A stretch of DNA of 64,000 nt from Octopus sinensis. Lineage: Eukaryota. The stretch spans positions 93,496,001 through 93,560,000 of the forward strand of contig NC_043001.1 of assembly GCF_006345805.1 (NCBI RefSeq), in the 5' to 3' direction. The notes under the pieces were generated by a model, which saw only the letters and a list, made by a program, of their open reading frames with translations, was not told the origin of the DNA and searched no databases. Below are positions 1-12,510 of this stretch, piece after piece; position 1 is the first letter of the stretch; each line of letters starts with the position of its first letter. The position numbers and the translations under genes are program-made.

Positions 1-487
1 TAGCGGAATACGTTGCGTGTAGCGAAAGGTTTCTGACTAAAATATATAAAATTACGATATCAATGTCTCCAGTTAAATTGACTTTAGTAGTCAAGAAATA
101 TTCTGAATGGATTCAATGAGAAAAGATCGCTTGCACAGCCAAATATATTTCCTTGAACTACCTGACTTCTATTTAAACATCATTGTTGGTTTTTCCATTT
201 CTGAGCAAACAGTCGTCTGGTAAAGTTAAATAAAGGACCCCCTCCACCAAATAGTGTTGGAGTTTTGCTCTCTGGTCTTACTAAAAATCAATATGGTTAG
301 AGTCCTCTCTAATCTCTCGCCAGATATTAAACCTGTAATTACGAAAATGTTATTCAGGAAGGAAAATAAGAAAAGATGACTAGATTTGTGTTCTTAGACA
401 ATTGTCGAGCAGCATTACTCTATTTCCTCCTACGTCCTCTCGTGCTCTATCAACCTCATTTCTCCCTCACAATACATTCCTGCTTGA

Positions 488-1075
488 AGGTGGTGAAATG
501 CCTCGCGGTATTTCGTCTGCCGTTACGTTCTGAGTTCAAATTCTACCGTGTTTGACTTTGCCTTCTTTCATCCTTTCGGAGTCGATAAATTAAGTACCAA
601 TTACGCACTGGGGTCGATGTAATCGACTTAATCTCTTTGTCTGTCCTTGCTTGTTCTCTCTGTGTTTAGCTCCTTGTGGGTAGTAAAGAAATAGGTATTT
701 CGTCTGCCGTTACGTTCTGAGTTCAAATTCCACCGTGGTCGACTTTGCCTTCGGGGTCGATAAATTAAGTGTCAGTTACGCACTGGGGTCGATGTAATCG
801 ACTTAATCCGTTGGTCTGCCCTTGTTTGTCCCCTCTATGTTTAGCCCCTTGTGGACAATAAAAAAATAAGAAACGTTAGCACACCGGGCCAAATGCTTAG
901 CGGTATTTCACCTGTCTTTATGTTCCGAGTTCGAATTTCACCGAGTTCGACTTTGCCTTTCATCCTTTTGGAGTCGATAAATTAGGTACCAGTTGCGTAC
1001 TTGGGGCGATCAATTCGACTGGCTCCCCCCAAAATTTCGAGCCTTGTGCCTAGAGTAGAAAAGAACATATTCCTG
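488..1075 (+). mobile_element. SINE family A, three tandem units (about 488-693, 694-869, 870-1075)
   Basis: Each unit has a B-box-like GAGTTC(A/G)AATT and the core GACTTTGCCTT...GTCGATAAATTA. The same sequence recurs at 28480, 35059 and 39475. Confidence 0.85.
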
Positions 1076-1311
1076 CTTCATAAAATGTATCTTAGAATTC
1101 TGCAATTAAACGACTCAAAGTAACTGAATGTTGGCTTTAGGAACTCTGTCAACTATTTGGTCACTATATTTCTCCAACTCACTACTCTAAAGCAGATATG
1201 GTACTTACGATATCTTGGAGCTTGATGAAGCAAACCAGCGGGAAAAAATAAGCATTATACTCTACATATACGTACTGAATAGCTTTTCAGTAAAAGTTTT
1301 ACTCTATTATA

Positions 1312-1388
<77 letters not shown>

Positions 1389-1906
1389 ATCACGTGACCG
1401 AAGAAGAATACTCTGTTGTTGATGTTGAAATTCCAATAAAGGAAACTTGGATCTAGGTTAGAAACCTGTTCTTTCTCTGCTGGCAAGAAATCGTGAAATA
1501 AACTGAATGATCACAAACATACATCCCTACGTACATACATGCTTTAGTACGTACGTTCGTGTGTGTGTATGTGTTTCTGTGTGCGTGTATATATTAACAA
1601 CCAACAGCGTATTCTTCCCTCAAAGAAAACAACAACCACAAAAAAAGAGTATCTACGGAGAAATATATCTAACGAACAGAAAACAAACGCTCATCACCTT
1701 AGAATATGCCCGCGTTGTCGTTGTTACTTACTCTTCATGGAGTAGTTCTATCATTAAAAGGAATCTCAATAACACCAATTTTTCAGATATATACTTGGTC
1801 TACATGAGATTTTATGTATGCATTACTTCTACTACTAATAGTTAAAGTTATCGCGTACGTGTCTCACACTACACTGTTATCATTTCTGTAAATATTAATG
1901 CCTACT

Positions 1907-1912
1907 TTTATT
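1907..1912 (-). promoter_or_regulatory. Candidate polyadenylation signal AATAAA
   Basis: tttatt on the + strand, about 270 nt downstream of the minus-strand stop at 2183. The hexamer is common in AT-rich DNA. Confidence 0.25.
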
Positions 1913-2182
1913 TTATGAGGCATCTCATACGTCATCCACGAAGTCTGGTCAGTTATTTCCTGAGCCAAGACATATTGGTTCCTATTTGTTGCAAGCATTA
2001 ATACAATTGTCGTTAATAAAATATTTGTCTTTGTTCTAAAAATTGTTATAATTATTCATGTGAATATTTAGTTTTCTCTTGCATTTACTGTTAGAATTAT
2101 TGCCATAATCGAATGCATCTATACAAACATTCTCAACACAAGCTATCCAACCATCTTACATTCTAGCATAGTCTATCTAAAA

Positions 2183-2560
2183 TTACACTGGTCTTTGTAT
2201 CATCTCCTTAATTTTTGAACACAATTGAGAGTGATTTGAAGAATTCTTATCTATAATTTCTAGCAGGCACACACATTGGCTCCTGCTTGTTGATGGCATA
2301 AATACAGGTGTCTCTAATAATATTTCACTCTTTGTTCTTAAGGGTTTCAACATTGTTCGTGTTAGTGTTGTATTTTGTGATACATTGAAATTATTGCTGT
2401 TATTCGGGCAATTGTCTTCTATGCACAAAAGATTTACAATATCCTTTTCTCTAGTCAGAAGAAAGAAATTAGCTACCATTGTTAGGGATTCATAACCTAC
2501 CGTCAGCACTTTAACCATGTTGAATTCAATATTAGCCGCGAGTTCACAGAACAAAGTACA
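2183..2560 (-). CDS. Candidate terminal coding exon of an unidentified gene (125 aa, CTLFCELAANIEF...KEMIQRPV*)
   Basis: Longest non-repetitive open frame in the window. It begins exactly at an acceptor (aatttttag|TGT) whose TAG is the upstream in-frame stop, and its phase matches the donor at 2917. No family recognised. Confidence 0.5.
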   Translation of the reverse strand, partial: CTLFCELAANIEFNMVKVLTVGYESLTMVANFFLLTREKDIVNLLCIEDNCPNNSNNFNVSQNTTLTRTMLKPLRTKSEILLETPVFMPSTSRSQCVCLLEIIDKNSSNHSQLCSKIKEMIQRPV

Positions 2561-2917
2561 CTAAAAATTGACATCATTTTTTCCACCTAAATTTAGAAAT
2601 ATAGAACAATTAATGTTGCCTCCTCTTCCTTGATACACAGTATGATACAATCAATACAGCAAACACTAAATTAGAAAGAACAAATATCGCAAATCAAAAT
2701 GTAGGTGTACAACTAATATTTTCATTATAAAAAAAATCAATCCACCCCCACAAGAATCTGCTAAATTATTGATTATTGGCAAAAAGTCAGATATTTTCTG
2801 GAGAAATTAATTTCGATTACCCCAACCTTCGAATATTACAGCTATTTAATATACCAATAAAAATATACGAGCCACAGAAGGAGGCCTTTACGTAATGGCG
2901 TAACCTACTACACTTAC

Positions 2918-2970
2918 CAGCCAAATCTCCGTCAAATCGGACTCTGCATTTCTACAGAGAATCGTACTGT
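2918..2970 (-). CDS. Candidate internal exon (STILCRNAESDLTEIWL)
   Basis: Consensus donor CTG|gtaagt and acceptor tttttgtgtgccctag|AC. It ends in phase 0, joining 2560 in frame. Confidence 0.4.
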
Positions 2971-3020
2971 CTAGGGCACACAAAAAGTATTTTTCAACTG
3001 AGATTGTGAAATTTTCTTAC

Positions 3021-3064
3021 AGAGCAATGCCAATCCTATCTTGCTCTTATTGAAGAACTTCATC
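3021..3064 (-). CDS. Candidate small exon (MKFFNKSKIGLALL)
   Basis: Acceptor ttagttctttttgtag|G and donor CT|gtaaga. It needs an unusually short 50-nt intron (2971-3020) to join the next exon in frame. Confidence 0.25.
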
Positions 3065-3499
3065 CTACAAAAAGAACTAACAAACCAACTGAGAGACATT
3101 ATTTCTGATTCAATTATGTTAATTTATATAAAATAAAGTTGTAATTTCCGACAGATATTATGTTAGTGTCATTGCATTTCTTAGGATAATTAGCTGGTTT
3201 TATTTGCTTTTACAACAGAGTATATGATCAACGATTTCACTCCCTTATTTACACCGGCTGTTGATTCGTAACATAACTCAGTAAATTTAGTCAGGGTATA
3301 TGAATCTTTAATCTTTACATTTTGTGACATCACAATTATTATCAGGTTTATGTGTTAATTAGATTGACTATTTCTAATATATTTGCGACAACTGTTTACA
3401 GGACAGCACTTAAATGGATTGAGAAAATAACCTACGTTGTTCAAAAATATATACAAAATAATAATCCTAGAGACAAAATGAGATTTAGCATTTAAAGGA

Positions 3500-3599
3500 C
3501 ATTCCAATGTTTAATACACACATACACCCCACTCCCTGAACACAGACATATATGGTGCGTGTGTCCATACATATATATGCATATATATGTATACACGCA

Positions 3600-3653
<54 letters not shown>

Positions 3654-3717
3654 CATATATATTATATATATATATATATTATATATATATATATTATATG
3701 TATATATATGTATATTA

Positions 3718-3756
<39 letters not shown>

Positions 3757-3900
3757 GTATATATATGTATTATATATACGTATAATATATGCATATATAT
3801 ACGTATATATATATGTATGTATATATATATATGTGTATATATGCATATATATACATACATACAAACATACATACTTACATACATACATACATACATAAAT
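3500..3900. repeat. Compound (TA)n/(CATA)n microsatellite
   Basis: Directly visible. It explains the overlapping YIYI ORFs. Confidence 0.95.
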
Positions 3901-4222
3901 GAGTGTGTATTAGCTTAGCCACATGAATGAACTTTGCTCGAGGAAAACATTATGATGTATTGAAAAGTAAGATATTCAGAGAATCCAACAATTTGCGCCT
4001 ATGCTTAGCAGATGTCGTAAGTAGCATATGTCTGTAACAGATTGCTTTCAAATTGGTGTTTAATTTAGTGGTACATTGGAAACATTGTGCCCCAGAAATT
4101 AATTACAATGAATATATTAGAGAACGCTTGTATGTATGTATTTGTGTTCGTGTCGTGTGTGTATGATCACCGATATACCGGGAATATTAATGCAAGTGAT
4201 ATTAGTATTATCATAATGTAAA

Positions 4223-4269
<47 letters not shown>

Positions 4270-4282
4270 TAATAATAATAAC

Positions 4283-4338
<56 letters not shown>

Positions 4339-4397
4339 TAATAATAATAACAACAATAATAATAACAATAATAATAATAATAATAATAATAGTAAAA

Positions 4398-4941
4398 TAT
4401 GCCCTGATGCAGTACCAGGCAGTGGCTCTCGTGGCTTCTGATCTTAACTGATTGGAAGTGTTATCATGCACATTGTTTTGTCTTGGTATAAAAGATGGGC
4501 TACAGCAAATATTTTGTTCAATACCACAGATTTTCCTGTCAGTTGTTTGACCTTAACTAGTTGAGCATTCTCTTAGTTGCTGACGATATGTGCATCTCTA
4601 ATCGCGAGCAGAAGTATCTGAAGGCATCATATCCATGTGTTGAGAGGAAGTCTTTGGATTTTAGATAATTCACCTCTGGAAACATTGGAGGTTCGTTCAA
4701 CATCCTTAAACAATCCTTATTCAGGGACCTTTTGAGCGCGATGGGTTACTCGACCAGAAGAAAATTCTAACTGGGCCCAAGCTGCAAGGTCATGTTCTGT
4801 TTATCTTGATATGAGATCACCATGTCGCGCACATATGTTGTGATGCATGTACACTTATCACACGAGTAGTCGTGATGGGTATACTGGGCTTCGTATATTT
4901 TACCCCAGTGTCACTTTGATGGCATGCACTGCTCTCTCACC
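4398..4941 (+). mobile_element. ~540-bp non-coding interspersed element (family D) inserted in an (AAT)n array
   Basis: A reverse-complement copy lies at 51183-51685. Both sides are flanked by (AAT)n (4221-4391, 4943-5001). Strand is assigned only by analogy with the LINE flanks. Confidence 0.8.
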
Positions 4942-4942
4942 C

Positions 4943-4979
<37 letters not shown>

Positions 4980-5835
4980 TAATAATAATAATAATAATAA
5001 TAACAACAACCTTTTGTTGTCATTGTTTAACACTCAAGTCCTCCGTGACTGAGCATATCTATGATCAAAAATGCTGTAAGCACAATAACGCCCTTATTCT
5101 TTTAGAAAGTGTGTGTATTGGGAAACCTTATCAAATCTATCCCGCCAATTTCTATTGTTTGTGTGTAATTTGAGGAAATGCGTTTGCTATTTCAGATAAG
5201 CCGTGTGATCACGTAGAAACCCCGCTGTTAATTGTAGTATCGGGGTCGTTGTTGTAAAGAGAATATGAAAGTATTGTGGCTATCAAATATGTTATTTCTT
5301 TTAACATTTTAGAATTACTTTCAAGTAAAAAGATCAAGAAATATTATAATAAATATTTCTTTTATGTTCTGCAAAGAGATATAACACCAAACACAGAATG
5401 AAGTTAATGCTACTAATGTCATTTATGCTATTAATGTTATTGAATTTGGTAAACCTCACAAATTAACGTTAATTGAAGACTACCAAATAAAATGGTAAAA
5501 ATGTAGCTTAAATATAAAACAAATCAAGAAGCAAAAGATGAATTAATTGGAAAGTTCCAAAGATGTGTGTATAGAGAAATTAAATTATTTCTTCTTTAAA
5601 ATATTTGATTAACGACATAAGTAAACAACTATATGTATTTTACTGTCATTTATTTGATAATATTCAGTCTGAGATCGTTGTGAACTATATGGCTCAATAA
5701 ATAATACACTCACGTATTTTCGCACATTTTACATACATTAGCTATGTGTGTTGTATGCACTTATATAATATTCTGTTTCAATGGTATATAATGGACAAAG
5801 TGGTATGTTTTAGTTATATCAATATGATTTCATCA

Positions 5836-5991
5836 GGCGTGGCCGTGTGGTAAGAAATTTGCTTCCCAACCACATGGTTTCGGGTTCACACCTACTCCGT
5901 AGCACCTTGGGCAAGTGTCTTCTAATATAGCCTCAAGCCGACCAAAGCCTTGTGAGTGGCTTTCGTAGACAGAAACTGAAAGAAGACCCTC

Positions 5992-6068
<77 letters not shown>

Positions 6069-6274
6069 TGTGTATTTGGGTGTCTGTGTTTGTCTACCCA
6101 CCATTGTTTGACAACCGATGTTGGTGTTTTTATGTCCTCGTAAGTTAGCCGTTCGGCAAAAGAAACCAATGGAATAAGTACTAGGCTTACAAAGAATAAG
6201 TCTTGGGGCCGATTTCTTCTACTGAAAGGCGGTGCTCCAGCATGACCGCAGTCAAATGACTGAAACAAGTAAAA
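5836..6274 (+). mobile_element. SINE family B with internal (TA)n(TG)n array
   Basis: tRNA-like head, CORE-like motif ACCTTGGGCAAGTGTCTT and tail CAAATGACTGAAACAAGTAAAA. Multi-copy in the window. Confidence 0.85.
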
Positions 6275-6775
6275 TTATATCGAATAATATATATACTTTA
6301 AGATTCATCTTTTACGAATCTAGAACCTTCAAAACAACCCCACCCCAAAAAAGCCCCAAAATATACGATATATCCACACAGAAGAGTAATTTGAAACGTT
6401 TCATCGCATGAACACATTGTACAATGACGTCAGTATACACCCTCACACTCAGTCAGTAGCGGGCGCACGAACACCCCCCCCCACACACACACATTCACAC
6501 ACACATACACGCACACACACACACACACACCACACACACACACACCACACACACACACACACAAGAGTGTGTAAATATGTCTTCATTAACGATGTGTCTT
6601 GAGGTGGATTCTATAAGCAAGTACCGTCTGCCAATTTTCGATCTCATTGTTTTTTAACCCAAATTGCTGTAAGCTAGTATTTAATAGTTGCAGATATTTC
6701 AAGACTCATTGTGGATAAAAAAAAACAACTTATTTCTCGAGGATTCTGCGTTTGTGCTGTGCGCATGTTTATATA

Positions 6776-7174
6776 TAATAGTGGTTTTATCTCTAATTTA
6801 ATATTATATTTATACTATAAAATTAGATTTAATCCTAAATCTAATTTTTCCCTGTAGGTTTGGATTTATTCCCTAATATTATTATTATTATTAATTAATA
6901 TATCGATAAATTACGTATATTGAGTGTAATATCTCAATTTCGTAAATTATGGAATTTACAGGTAAAATAGAACCGCTATTTTGGAATTCATCTTTGAAGG
7001 ATATTCCAATAATTTCTAATGTATTGGCTTATGATTTTCACTGTTTGATTTGCCTAATAGTGGTTTTATCTCTAATTTAACATAATATATATTTATACTA
7101 TAAAATTAGATTTAATCCTAAATCTAATTTTTCCCTGTAAGTTTGGATTTACTCCCTAATATTATATATATATA

Positions 7175-7218
<44 letters not shown>

Positions 7219-7300
7219 TAGAAAAAACCCACCTTTTATCTATTCAAAATGAACAGTTAAATTTTCCCTGTAAGTTAGGAATAATATTCCCTCAAATATA
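6776..7300. mobile_element. AT-rich interspersed repeat with partial tandem duplication (Penelope-like architecture)
   Basis: Direct repeats at about 6776-6883 and 7055-7164. A related inverted copy lies at 49215-49444. The class assignment is inference from architecture only. Confidence 0.4.
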
Positions 7301-7595
7301 TATATATAGCTCCCAACACCATCAAACCACACCGCACATCACTACACCTTACACCACCATAAAACAACACATCACAACACACCACCACGTGCACATCAGC
7401 AGTGACCACTTCCCAGACCGATATTTTCACACCTACACATATACGCATGAACACGTCAAGATCACCTGCCTTCTTCTACACGCACATACTAACTCTCTTA
7501 TACACACGCACGCGCACCTTCGTTTTGGGATCACCACTACTCTATTACATTACTTTATCATCTCCCTTTCTCCCTAGCTCTCCTGTGTGACACTT

Positions 7596-7775
7596 CGGTC
7601 TGGCCTTCGCCATCATAGATCACTAGCCACTACACATTATTTTAACTCCTTGTTTCTTTCTGTTTTCCTTTCTGTGGAAGAGCGTAGGCTCGAAACGTTA
7701 AAGATTTTTTCACTTCCCAAGCGTTATACTAATACATCTGTTTGTTGTTTACACCACCTACCTTTGTCTTTTGCA
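7596..7775 (+). mobile_element. Penelope-like short repeat carrying a hammerhead motif (copy 1)
   Basis: Homologous to 16117-16300 (-) and 36060-36255 (+). Confidence 0.6.
7668..7703 (+). ncRNA. Minimal type I hammerhead ribozyme motif, A6U core variant
   Basis: CTTT-CTGTGGA-A-GAG-cgtagg-CTC-GAAA-CG-TT-AAAG. Stem I is CTTT/AAAG, stem II is GAG/CTC, stem III is the ACGT palindrome, and the cleavage triplet is GUU. Confidence 0.55.
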
Positions 7776-7985
7776 TATTTGCATGTTTGGATGTATGTAT
7801 GTATGTATGTGTATATATATATATATTATATATATATATATATCCAAAATAAACAACAAGAATGACTCCGGTAATTTGTTGCTTATTTTGATGATAATCA
7901 CCCAACGTATTTATATGGATAACTCCATACAGAATTCTGGTGCATCTAAATTAATTACCATATTCATTTGAATCTAAATTTGTAT

Positions 7986-8125
7986 ACTTAGCGGTTCGGC
8001 AAAAGAAACCGATAGAATAAGTACTGGGCTTACAAAGAATAAGTCCCGGGGTCGATTTGCTCGACTAAAGGCAGTGCTCCAGCATGGCCGCAGTCAAATG
8101 ACTGAAACAAGTAAAAGAGTAAAAG
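7986..8125 (+). mobile_element. SINE family B, 3' fragment
   Basis: Matches 6130-6274. Confidence 0.85.
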
Positions 8126-8193
8126 TGTATATTTATATATGCGCATAAATATGTGTGTATGTATGTATGTACGTACGCATATCCGCATGTATG

Positions 8194-8240
<47 letters not shown>

Positions 8241-8375
8241 ATGTGTGTGTGTGTGTGTAAATCCAGAGAGACAACAAACAATTAATTTGAAAGAAACTGA
8301 AGAAGATAGACAAATGATTGTCTTCTTTCGTTCCTTACGGAAAGCATTCAGATAAATAATCGTTCGTCTGCTTAC

Positions 8376-8520
8376 AGGCTGCAATCACTAATTGTTTCTT
8401 CGTTTCCATGGTCCCATAAAATTCCAATAAACAACCTTTTTGGCAACTTTCGAACACTCTGGCATATGAGCAAGGATTATTCTTTTTACTTTGTTTTTGA
8501 CATTTTGCAATGTTTGTTTT
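8376..8520 (-). CDS. Weak candidate internal exon (KTNIAKCQKQ...KKQLVIAA)
   Basis: Acceptor ttttcaacatatctctatcag|AA, donor CT|gtaagc, 145 nt open from phase 0 to phase 1. Could be chance. Confidence 0.2.
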
Positions 8521-11500
8521 CTGATAGAGATATGTTGAAAATAGATTACAGAACCGCTTGGATGAATTCAGTTAGCAATAAGCTTTCTGACTTCAGATTT
8601 AAAATTGGGGTTAAGGTTTTTTACTATAGATTAACGTTATATTTTAAGGCCATTTTAATATGGTTTAAGATGTGGTCGATTATGGCTGATTACAGTATTT
8701 TGTTAAAAGTATAATTTAATGTTATCGTTAAATACTGAATGTCAGCTACTGAAATTTACATGAGTAGTCAGCCATGAAGAACAAATGAGCAGTCAGCTGG
8801 TACCATAATAGCCATCCACTACCATTCATAACAGTCCGTCAATCACACTCTGGCAGCACACAACATGAGTCTATCACCTACTACTAAATTCAAATCAAGA
8901 CGAACAGTGGGGATGGCCTTGAAGTCGATGATTTTAAACTAACGTGGACAACACTATAACACTAGAATACCGCCTGAGGAAACACGATCAGATATCATTA
9001 TGCAAACACGCAGTTGCATAATCATATACTTGTATTTTTGCAGAATTACGTTGCGTGGAAACAACTGTAGTGATTAAAAACTAATTGTCCAACCGTACTC
9101 CTTCTCGCTGACACCGATTTCTTCAATTATGTATATGTATACACATACCTATAGACATGTACATATATATATATACATATATAATGTATTTATATTGTGT
9201 ATATATAATTTATTATATAATTTATATTTAGTAAATATGTATTATGTACGTAGTATATACACAAATATGTATAAATGGATGTTTATACATTATATAAACG
9301 TATATACAATCTACGAATATACACATAAGATGCATTATACTCGTGTGTGTGTATTCACAATCTATCTATCTATCTATATATCGATCTATATATCTATCGA
9401 TCTATCTATTTATACATTTGCCTATGTAATATTTTAATTTTATTTTCATACCGACTGTTTTCTTAGTTTGAAATCTATCAGAATAGAGATTTCGCTTTCA
9501 TCCTTGCGAAGGCAGAATAAATAGGAACCAAGACGCCGTTGAATATATAGACCATACACTCTCTTTACGTTATATCACACTACGTCTATATTAACAGTTA
9601 TCATTTCTCAGTACTAAACCTGATTATTGTAGAATCCAAATAACATATAGACTGATAACAATATTTAGATCGAAGCTCCACGTTTGGAGTTAAAATTGAA
9701 TTGCATCTATACAGTATATACCTATATAATAAATATTATTCCGGCACACATAAATATCACATATAAAACATGAAATTATATTTTTACAACTATAATTTTG
9801 TTAGTTTTGTTTCTCATGTTCCGTTTCGTGGGACGATTACATTCAAATATATTTTCAATGACTTTCAATGACATTCATTTCAAGGTTGAATAGTATATGG
9901 ATATCTGAATTGAATATTTTCTATTATTTAAGTCATCGAGGATTTCTAAAAATATTCAAACGGATAAAATATTTCACATAAGCTTTGTTTCATTTAGAGA
10001 GAACTTTTTGACTAAAGTAGAATTTTGTGATATTTTACACAAGCCTAAAAAAACCTATATAAAAAAAACTATATAATAGACTTGTCTGTTTTGTTTTTCT
10101 TTCCAGAGGAAAAAAACCCTCATTTAAGTGGTGTATAACGTGACTTGGTTAAAATGACAACATGTTGTTTTTTTAATGTTGTAATTGTACTATTTAATTG
10201 TTATTTATTCTGTTTTAGCAATGACTATTTTACAGAGGTAAGGCCCCCACTCCAAAAAAAAAATAATAATAAATAAAAAAGATAGAATTCTTTCAGTACC
10301 AAAAAGACACTATTGATTTTCAACTTGAACAGAGTAAAATTTTATTCAAAAGTTTAATACTGTAGGCTATTCGTCTTGAAGATCTTGAAATACACTGATA
10401 ATTATAAATGAATTTAATGAATTTTTTGTTTATGTATGTGTGTATGCGTAAGCGGTTCTCACTAAATGATGAAAAAAATTATTGTATCTAATATTTCTTT
10501 TCAGTTTTAGGTAGTAGTGTTCTTGAGTACTTCATCTGGAAATAACGTTCTATTTTATTGTGTATTACAATGAATAGTAAATATTGATTTCTTTTGACTC
10601 GGCACAAGACCATTGTTTTACTGGTTGAAGATATAGGCGATTAAACCAGCAGCCATATATTAATAATACATGTTATATATAGCCTGTTGAGATGAAAGAC
10701 AAACTAGATTACTGCTCGCTTTAAATTCAGAAATTGAAAATACCAAATTAAATATTCCAAGTCAACCAGTCCGAAGCTTTTCTGCTTCTGCATGCTCGCC
10801 CTTCTCTATTAGATATTAATATTCATTTGGAAAAAAATTTCAACGCCTTGCGAAGATTACATTGTTAATTATTTCAGTATAGTTTAATAAAAAAAAATAT
10901 TATTTCAATACTAACCGTGAGTATAGTGATATGCATGCTACCATACTTGAAGTGGTGAGCGGAAAATAATTTTTAATTAATTGAAATTATAACCACAGTG
11001 GAACAAAATCATCTGCGTTATGGAAATTCATTCTCACAAGTGGTAAAGGAGATAACTCCAAAAATTTCAATCGAAGGGAAAAAATTAAATTCTTCAAGGG
11101 AGGAGATAACGAGACTGATCTTTCGTAACTATGGTGAAAACATCGGGCATTTTTCGTCATTATGGAACTCTTCAGCGAATCATAGCCAACATAACGCTAT
11201 CTGATCGTAGACTGATTCGAGAATTAATTACTTTTTTTTGTTCCGTGAAACAGCATAGTAGTAATCCATATCGCTATAGAGTAGTGTGGTAAATGGTTAT
11301 TTGAGTATCTGGCTCCCATATCGAGCAAACATATGAATAAAGTACTTATATTGTACCCAACCTTTAGTTTTAGAGCTATATCTATGTGTGTATTATGTAA
11401 CGTGTCTTTCCTGAATTTAAGGTGGTGATGTTCCATCTTAATAGAGATTTGTTTCATATTTCTGGCTGGTTGTGTTACCCAGTGACTACTCCTTCTTAGC

Positions 11501-12062
11501 TCGTTAACAATATGCATTCTTCATAAGTGACTATAATTTTATCTACACTGTGACATTTAATCAGGATTCAGATTCTGCCGAACTTATTCCTAAGATTGGT
11601 AAAATACATATGACAATCGTCAACAATCGTCAACTACAAATGATTGTTTATAACGTATATTTAAAATATATTTCCGCTAATTTTCTTTAAGTTTGATCCA
11701 TGATAACCATAATATGTCTTATTCTAGTCTGGGAATATAGAAACCTATATTTCTGAACGAGGGGTAACGAAAGGAGTTTGTATCCATCTGGTAATAGAAC
11801 AACTGATCGTTCTGAGTGATTAAATTAGTAAAAGCTCCGACTAATCGTTAATGTACGTATATATTATTTGACGATGACGATTAAGGACGAAAATTATAAT
11901 CGTATTAAAATCACATCAGATCGAAGCAAAAAAAACAAAAAAAAAGGCCCGGCCCACAAGTAAGTGTCATTGAAATTAATATTAGCAAATAACGCAGAGA
12001 GTTTGACACCTTTTATGATCGTATGAATTTGATAATGGTAAAAAAATTATATCGAAATCGAA

Positions 12063-12510
12063 AATTTTCGTCATGTAACTGTTCTCTTTAAAACCAACGT
12101 TCTGGAGTTTCTCAATAGACCGCTAATTTCAAAGATCGCTTAAAACGGGATTTCTTGGATTACTTTTATACAACAAAATATTGTCAAATATTTAATGCAG
12201 AGAACATTGAAATTCCAACTAGAACTGTTCTCTAGATATCAAAAATGCCTTGAATGCCATACGAATAACGTCATACTAACAATATCCAGCGGTACATATC
12301 TTATACAGAAAAATATTTTTGTGTGACGTATCAAGTAGGTTGGAACATAACTTAACTGGTGTCTGTTCACACGTATGGCATCTTTGAGTTATATATTCTT
12401 CAAATAAGTCTAAACCAAATAGAGCATATTATAAAATTCCTTAATCATTCATGCATCACTACTTCATCAAGGACGACGAAGTGTGTACTGCGATGCTGTA
12501 GTCTAATAAA
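12063..12510 (+). pseudogene. Heavily decayed non-LTR reverse transcriptase fragment
   Basis: Ordered remnants across frameshifts: NFRHVTV (about NFRPISL), SLDIKNALNAI (about LDIKNAFN), TGV, and YCDAVV (about YADD), at roughly RT-like spacing. Confidence 0.4.

Noticed and set aside
488-1075. Regularly recurring ~200-bp units suggesting a CRISPR-like array
   Set aside because: They are tandem SINE units, with no short repeats separated by unique spacers and no cas genes.
2400-2990. Resemblance of ANFFL...NLL to the Mab-21/cGAS-like C-terminal motif, or of EIWLCTLFCEL to kinase subdomain IX
   Set aside because: The spacing does not match and no other family motifs are present.
4398-4470. Possible HDV-like ribozyme at the end of family D (GGCTCTCGTGGC)
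   Set aside because: P1 and P3 pairings could not be formed in either orientation.
5836-5910. tRNA-like sequences with A/B boxes (also 35059, 38472, 46260-46345)
   Set aside because: They are SINE heads continuous with repeat bodies, with no complete cloverleaf.
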